Part shown: positions 57,130-64,000 of the stretch, one piece after another
Layout: each line of letters opens with the position of its first letter
How positions within the stretch are numbered: position 1 is the stretch's first letter
From: Octopus vulgaris
Taxonomy: Eukaryota
DNA: 64,000 nucleotides
Reading direction: 5' to 3'
Assembly: GCA_951406725.2 (NCBI GenBank)
Contig: OX597819.1
Coordinates: 108,686,001-108,750,000, forward strand
Notes under the pieces: model-generated
The model's database searches: none
Told to the model about the DNA's origin: nothing
Seen by the model: only the letters and a program-made list of their open reading frames with translations
Translations under genes and position numbers: made by a program

Positions 57130-58890
57130 TTGATCTCCAAAGAAAATTAGAGTGATTGTTTATGATTTTATATGAATATGGTCAAAAGTGTGATTAAACA
57201 TATGAAGGCAGAGAAAGGTGAAAGACCATTGGGGCTAGTCATTGAGATATTGAAAAAATTTGGCAAAGTAAAGAACACAGAACTTGGTCAGGTAATATAG
57301 GGAGATGTTATACCCAACGGTTGATGAAGCAGGATCTTCATCAATTGGTTTGATGGAATAAGAGATGTTCTAGGCAATACAACTGTTGAGGCATCAAACT
57401 GATGGACAAAGTTATGAAAGTAACACAACTGATTTTAGCAGAGTATTAACTTAGATCAGACGCAGTTTGGATTTGTACCAAGATAGAGTACTTTTTTTTT
57501 AAATAAAGCAATTACAAGAGAAGCTCTTCACACAGAGCAAGCTACTAGGTACATGTAGATGCACAAGCCATGTACTAACAAGGTGAGGGTTATGACTTCA
57601 GTGAGTAATTTAACCCTTTCGTTACAGTATTTATTTTGAGATGCTCTGTGTTTCTTTCAATTATTTTAAATATAACAAAGAATTTAGTAAAATAACTTAG
57701 TTATCATTAAGCTAGTGTTAAGAACATAAATTTTGACTAAGGCTTGGTGGAAGATTTTAATTCAAAACTTATGAAAACAAGACATTTTACAACAGAGCCA
57801 GAGCCGGTTTTGGCTGGGTTAGTAACAAAAGGGTTAACATGTATTAAAGTATCCATCAGGGATCAGTTCTTCCTTACTGTTTATAATAGATTTCAGACTG
57901 CAACAAAGCAGTTTAAGATCAGCTACCTGAAGGAACTCCTATATACTGATGATCTACTTCTCATAGCTTAACCTAAGATCATCATCATCATCATCGTCGT
58001 TTAACGTCCGTTCTCCATGCTAGCATGGGTTGGACGGTTCGACCGGGGTTCTGGGAAGCCAGAAGGCTGCACCAGGCTCCAGTCTAATCTGGCAATGTTT
58101 CTACAGCTGGATGCCCTTCCTAACGCCAACCACTCCGTGAGTGTAGTGGGTGCTTTTTACGTGCCACCTGCACAGGTGCCAGGCGGGGCTGGCATGATGT
58201 ATAAAAGAAATTCTGTATGTGGAAGTAAAGCCTTGAATTGAGAGGATACAAAGTAAACTTAGTAAAGATTAAAGTATCAGCTACTAGGAGAAAAGGCAGG
58301 ACTCTATTTCCATTTAGGAAGTGGCCAAGCTTTATATACAGAAAAGGAGTAGATAAGAATTTCATACAGTGTACTTAATGTAAATTATAGGGGCACAATA
58401 TATGTGGTAAGGTCACAGAAGAAACTTTTTATAAGACACATTTACAAGAGTAGTTAGTACTTGTGAAATAAATTCTATTTGATACTTGGTAGGCTCCCTA
58501 AAGTAACTGGTAGTTTCCTTTACCTAGATAGTTCTAATTAGTTGTAGAGATGGTTTTCTGAAAGCATAGTAGATAGAATAAGACAAAGACTGGAAAAAAT
58601 GCAGGTTGTTGACTGACAGTAAATGAAATTTGAGTCTGGATAAAAAGCAGATAAGCGAAAAGAATGAGTAAGAGGAATCAGATGAAGTGTGCAAGAGAGA
58701 AAACTGCACTGGATCAGATGTGTGATATGCATGGTGGATGGCAGTTGGACAAAGAAATGCTAAACAATTCAAGTGGAAGTAACCTACAGAAGAAAAAAAT
58801 ATGAGAAGATGAGGTGATACCTGATCTCAAGAGGTTGAAATTCAGAGAAGACAAAGAACTGAAACTAGTAGCAAAATACGAAGTTGGAGA
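57130..58890 (+). mobile_element. Decayed RTE LINE carrying nested insertions
   Basis: GIKLMDKVMKV, QFGFVPR, HQGSVL and ELLYTDDLLLIA RT motifs, interrupted by a MITE and an RTE-tail element. Confidence 0.75.
57614..57833. mobile_element. piggyBac-type MITE
   Basis: TTAA on both sides (57610-57613, 57834-57837); TIRs CCCTTTCGTTAC / GTAACAAAAGGG. Confidence 0.85.
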
Positions 58891-59264
58891 AGACTGAATC
58901 TATAAAATAAAGTTAAAATCTCAAACACACACGTACATACAAATGTCTTTTATACATACACATCATCATCATTGTCGTTTAACGTCCGCTTTCCATGCTG
59001 GCATGGGTTGGACAGTTTGACTGAGGGCTGGCAAGCCAGAAGCTGCACCAGGCTCCAATCCGATCTGGCAATGTTTCTGCAGCTGAATGCCCTTCCTAAT
59101 GCCAACCACTCCAAGAGTGTAGTGGGTGCTTTTTACAAGGGCCAATCAGGTGGTACTGGCATCGGGCATGCTTGAATGGTGCTTTTTACGAGACACCAGC
59201 ACAGGAGCCAGTCAGGCAGCACTGTCAACGATCACACTCGAATGGTGCTTGGTGGTGCTCAAGA

Positions 59265-59720
59265 TATCACTCATCAATAGCAGCTGCCCAAAAAGTGCCT
59301 GCAATATTCTACCATCCCATTAGACACGACATTGCCGCTAAAGCTATCTTCAATGATTTATACTGGGAGTATTATCTTGATGACCATATCAAAGGCACAT
59401 CATAAAGAGAATATACCCACACTTTTAAAAATAAATACTGGTGAAACATTCCATTAACAATGGGAATTTGATGTAAGCACAAAGGGTTAGATATTGTTTA
59501 TAGGACAAGAAGTAATAGTCATTCACTGTTACAGAGATTAGCTGTCCAGTTCATGTGAATATCTTGTCAAAAATTGAGAACTTCTATGGAGGACAATTGG
59601 AAAACCTACAGCTCTTATATCCAGGTTATAGATTTTCATTTATACCTGAGTACATTGGGCTACATAACAACAGATCTGCATAAAACCTAGAATTGCTGGG
59701 GTTCTCCAAGAAAGAAAGAG
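59265..59720 (+). mobile_element. Second decayed RLE-type non-LTR retrotransposon fragment
   Basis: Reads SCPK...YHPIRHDIAAKAI...YW*NIPL...CKHKGLDIV...EISCPVHVNI...NLQLLYPGYRFSFIP, with frameshifts. Confidence 0.6.
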
Positions 59721-61572
59721 CAAACTGTTTTGTATTTTCCAAAAACAGTCAGTTAAATGTACAGTGAAAATTTGTAAATTCTCCAAAGATTCTCAACTTG
59801 AGGTTCCTAGGCTGAACGCACACAGCGACATATACATATGGAATATGCACACTAATGTAACATATTCCCCTACTACACCGGCGCAAGTTTATCCACATGT
59901 GCACACACCAAGCAATACAGGTAACCGTGCATCCCAAGAGCTGACTGAGTTAAACAAAAGAACCTTACTTCTTTATCAATGACCAGCTTGAATTCTGTAA
60001 AGGTAAAACTTAAATCCAATAGAGAAAAAGAACAGAACATTTACACGCTTCTCTGTTCTGTGGCCATGGATCCAGTCAAGTGGATCATTTATTAAAACGG
60101 GAATAATTTTTCGTTACACCGCAATATAACATCGGTGTATTTTCAACACTGCTTCGAATGGATAGTTTTACGGAGTAAGAAATGTTTTTATAATTTATCG
60201 TTTTTTTTTCATTTAACTTTGTTATGTGCTATATTTGCATCTCTCACTGTGTATTTTCACAATTGTTATAGCAATATTTACGGTTTCTTTCAAATACCAC
60301 TTCTTCTCAAGCACTGAAACAATGAAGTTGCCGCTATAACTTGTGAAGTATAAAAGTAACGAGTATTATTTTCTTTCGCTTTCTGCTTCTTGAATAGTTG
60401 TAATTTGACAAGATACCTTGGTTAGGTTTTAAAGGGGTTTTCTTTTAAAAAATAAAACAAAAAAGTCTTCAATTAGAATTGCATTATTGGTTAACTGTGA
60501 AGTAACTTGAAGGAAGTTCGATATACTCCCTCAGAACTAACGAAAAATCGTCGGAAGTTCTATACGTCGTTCGACCTACTAGAAATAGCAGCTAAAGCAC
60601 CCTCGAATTAAACCCTATCGTCACGTCATGAAAAAATAGAAAGGATACATTAAATTGAAGGATTGCCAAATTAAGCTATCGGAAGATACACCAACTGAAT
60701 AAAAGACTGATCATGCCTGGGACACTTGAATAGACGTCAGTACTGTCAGGCTAAACACAAACTGCTCCGATATAATGAAAATGAAATTAACTAAATTTTT
60801 TAGACGGAAAAAAGATAAAGAGGATACAGAATGTTGTAACGTTCATGCTTTTCTTAAGGGAATAAGGACGTAAATGAATTGGTTGTAGTAAAACGAGAAT
60901 TTAATCTCTGAACACAGATTCGTCAATATAGCAGGTTGTTACTAAACATTATTAATAGGTTCTTGGAAAGTGTAACATCAAGTGAAACGACATAAAGTGT
61001 AATGAATTTTAACATGGGTTTAGTGGTATCAACCAATGTTAAGTTATTACGGTATATTCCTAGTCACAAAACATTACCGAACTTCTAAATAATAATAAAA
61101 CAGAGTTCTTGTATGAATCATTGAAATTTGTGTGTTCCTCAGATTAATTTCATTTAATACCATGTCTGAAAAGACAACAAATAGGCAACTTGGTAGGCGA
61201 ATACTGGAAAGCAATCTTTTGAGCCCATAAAGTGACTTGGGAGTATTTCAGGTGATAAAGATGAAACTGAGCAGGTACAGGCAACTTTTTTCGAGAAGAT
61301 GGTCGCAATGAGACAGTTTATCATCTTGCGGGCCGCACTACTAAAAATTTGAAGGTAATTTTTTGTTAGAAAATCCCGCGAACCGCAAATTACCCACGAC
61401 TGATATGTAACCTGCTTTAGATGTGTATTTTAGTTTCCTTTACTTGTCATAGCTTATTTTATAGTGTAAGTGTTATCATACCTTAAAGTAATTACTACAC
61501 TGCTACGAAGTAAACATAGACCATCATGGAATTAAAGAAATGAAATAATTAGTATCTTAAATTAACAACATA

Positions 61573-61735
61573 GGTGCAGGAGTGGCTGTGTGGTAAGTAG
61601 CTTGCTTACGAACCACATGGTTCCGGGTTCAGTCCCACTGAGTGGCACCTTGGGTAAGTGTCTTCTACTATAGCCTCGAGCCGACCAAAGCATTGTGAGT
61701 GGATTTGGTAGACGGAAACTGAAAGAAGTCCGTCG

Positions 61736-61766
<31 letters not shown>

Positions 61767-61962
61767 TTGTCCCCCCCCCCTCAACATCGCTTGACAACCG
61801 ATGCTGGTGTGTATAAGTCCCCGTAACTTAGCGGTTCGGCAAAAAGACGCCAATAAAATAAGTACTAGGCTTACAAAGAATAAGTCCTGGGGTCGATTTG
61901 ATCGACTAAAGGCGGTGCTCCAGCATGGCTACAGTCACATGACTGAAACAAGTAAAAGAGTA
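61573..61962 (+). mobile_element. tRNA-derived SINE, family A
   Basis: Same head, core and tail as 52041-52460. Confidence 0.88.
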
Positions 61963-62832
61963 TTATATATGTCTGCATTCGTTTATATGTTTTTTAAATG
62001 ATAAGTAAATCGAAACATTTTCATCAACTCCAGCCAAAAGCTTGCCAAATAAATAACCCTGGGCTTGCAACTCATACTGAACACTTTCGTACCACATTGT
62101 ACATTTATATGATTATCATATACTTTATTTGGATTTATTTTATTCCTCATCAACAACAAAACTTATAAGTGAGGACCTACTGAAAATACTGCATACACTA
62201 GTGCAATTTTGTAGGAGTGGTAGGACGTATTGTCAATTCTTTTAATAGCAGTATATTACTGGTACTTATTTTATCAATCCCAGAAGGTGGAATGGCTGTG
62301 GCTTGAACACAGTATATTGAGAGATGAAACTTAAATACTGTACAGCAGCCTATAGTCTTTCACTTGACTTTCTCATCTTAACAAATGACAGTCACTCAAG
62401 CTGCTAGAAAAAGCAACCAAATCTCTCAGATTTTACCCTACCATCTTTAAATAGAAAAAGAGGTGTTTCATTTGAGAACACTGTCCTCAATACTCAATGC
62501 CTGTAAAATAAGATGGGATGATCACAATTGAAATATCTTTAAGTATAAGTCTGCTGGATCAGGGTTGATTTGGGGTTACACTACAACAAAAACAACAATG
62601 AGCCAGTGAAGGATATCATCATTTGACCTTTCAGAAGTAGCAGTCAAATTGCCTTCAAATAACAGCCCACTATAGTTTTTTAAAAAAAAGTGAAAAAGAC
62701 AATAATGACTTAGGTATTAACAAGATAAGATAGTCACAACTGGTATATATTTGATCTTTCCAAAATCCGCCGAAACTACACCTGATTATATATACACTTT
62801 AGATGAGTTGTAGTGCACCTGAGCACTGTACA

Positions 62833-64000
62833 CATCATCATCATCATCATCATCATTTAGCGTCCGTTTTCCATGCTAGCATGGGTTGGACGGTTCAACT
62901 GGGGTCTGGGGAGCCCGAAGGCTGCACCAGGCCAGTCAGATCTGGCAGTGTTTCTACAGCTGGATGCCCTTCCTAACGCCAACCACTCCGAGAGTGTAGT
63001 GGGTGATTTTATGTGCCACCGACACAGGTGCCAGACGAGGCTGGCGAACGGCCACGCTCGGATGGTGTTTTTATGTGCCAACGACACAGGTGCCAGACGA
63101 GGCTGGCAGACGGCCACGCTCGGATGGTGTTTTTATGTGCCACCGACACAGGTGCCAGATGAGGCTGGCGGACGGCCACGATCGGATGGTGTTTGTTACG
63201 TCCCCAAAGCACGGAGGCCAGTCTATGCGGTACTGGCTACAGCCACGTTCGGATGATTTTCTTGTGTGCCACCGGCACTGGTACCACAAAGATACAAATT
63301 CCATTGATGTTCATCTATTTTGATTTGTTTTGATTTGATTTGATTTTCACTTGCCTCAACAGGTCTTCACAAGTGTCACAAGAAGGAAGGTATGCACAGG
63401 TGAACTGACTACGTCCCAGGTAGGGGCCACGGGTTATGGCCTGACTAGTCTTGCCGGGTCTTCGGATGGTGTTTTTATGTGCCACCGACACAGGTGCCAG
63501 ATGAGGCTGGCGAACGGCCACGATCGGATGGTGTTTGTTGCGTGCCCACAGCACGGAGGCCAGTCGATGCGGTACTGGCTACGGCCACGTTCGGATGGTT
63601 TTCTTGTGTGCCACCGGCACTGGTACCACAAGATACAAATTCCATTGATGTTCATCTATTTTGATTTGATTTGATTTGATTTTCACTTGCCTCAACAGGT
63701 CTTCACAGGTCTTCACAAGTGTCACAAGAAGGAAGGAAGGTATGCACAGGTGGACTGACTACATCCCAAGTAGGGGCCATGGGTTATGGCCTGACTAGTC
63801 TTGCCGGGTCTTCAGTTGGTGTTTTTATGTGCCACCGACACAGGTGCCAGATGAGGCTGGCGGACGGCCACGATCGGATGGTGTTTGTTATGTGCCCACA
63901 TCACAGAGGCCAGTCGATGCGGTACTGGCTACGGCCACGTTCGGATGGTTTTCTTGTGTGCCACCGGTACTGGTACCACAAAGATACAAATTCCATTGAT
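62833..64000 (-). repeat. RTE-tail element expanded into a two-level tandem array (62-67 bp units within ~342-350 bp units)
   Basis: Higher-order units start at 63121, 63463 and 63813; the last runs off the window. Confidence 0.88.

Noticed and set aside
61272-61402. Possible hAT/Charlie-like MITE or coding exon
   Set aside because: TIRs are degenerate, there is no 8 bp TSD, and no consistent reading frame with good splice sites.
62857-63674. Multiple overlapping ORFs of 60-127 aa
   Set aside because: They arise from GC-rich tandem repeat units, with no protein family signal.

Overview
AT-rich eukaryotic (animal) genomic DNA; the repeat repertoire suggests an Octopus-like cephalopod (inference). 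The window holds a complete, intron-rich + strand FANCJ/BRIP1 Fe-S DNA helicase gene. I assembled it by hand from 31 coding exons (ATG 3018 to TAA 56578; 4245 nt, about 1414 aa). All introns are GT-AG and every exon phase matches. Head-to-head with it is the first coding exon of a probable IFT22/RABL5 gene (- strand, 1059-1015). The shared ~350 bp region has a palindromic RFX X-box and an E2F-like site. The most notable feature is four terminal exons missed by the ORF track. They add a ~130 aa C-terminal CxxC...CxC domain resembling the Yippee/Mis18/RIG-I-like receptor CTD zinc fold, which I do not recall in human FANCJ. The helicase also has DEGH in motif II. Introns are packed with several tRNA-derived SINE families; RTE, CR1/L2-like and R4-like LINE fragments; Tc1/mariner elements; a non-autonomous Helitron; a piggyBac MITE; long palindromes; and micro/minisatellites. 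No prokaryotic systems or CRISPR arrays were found.
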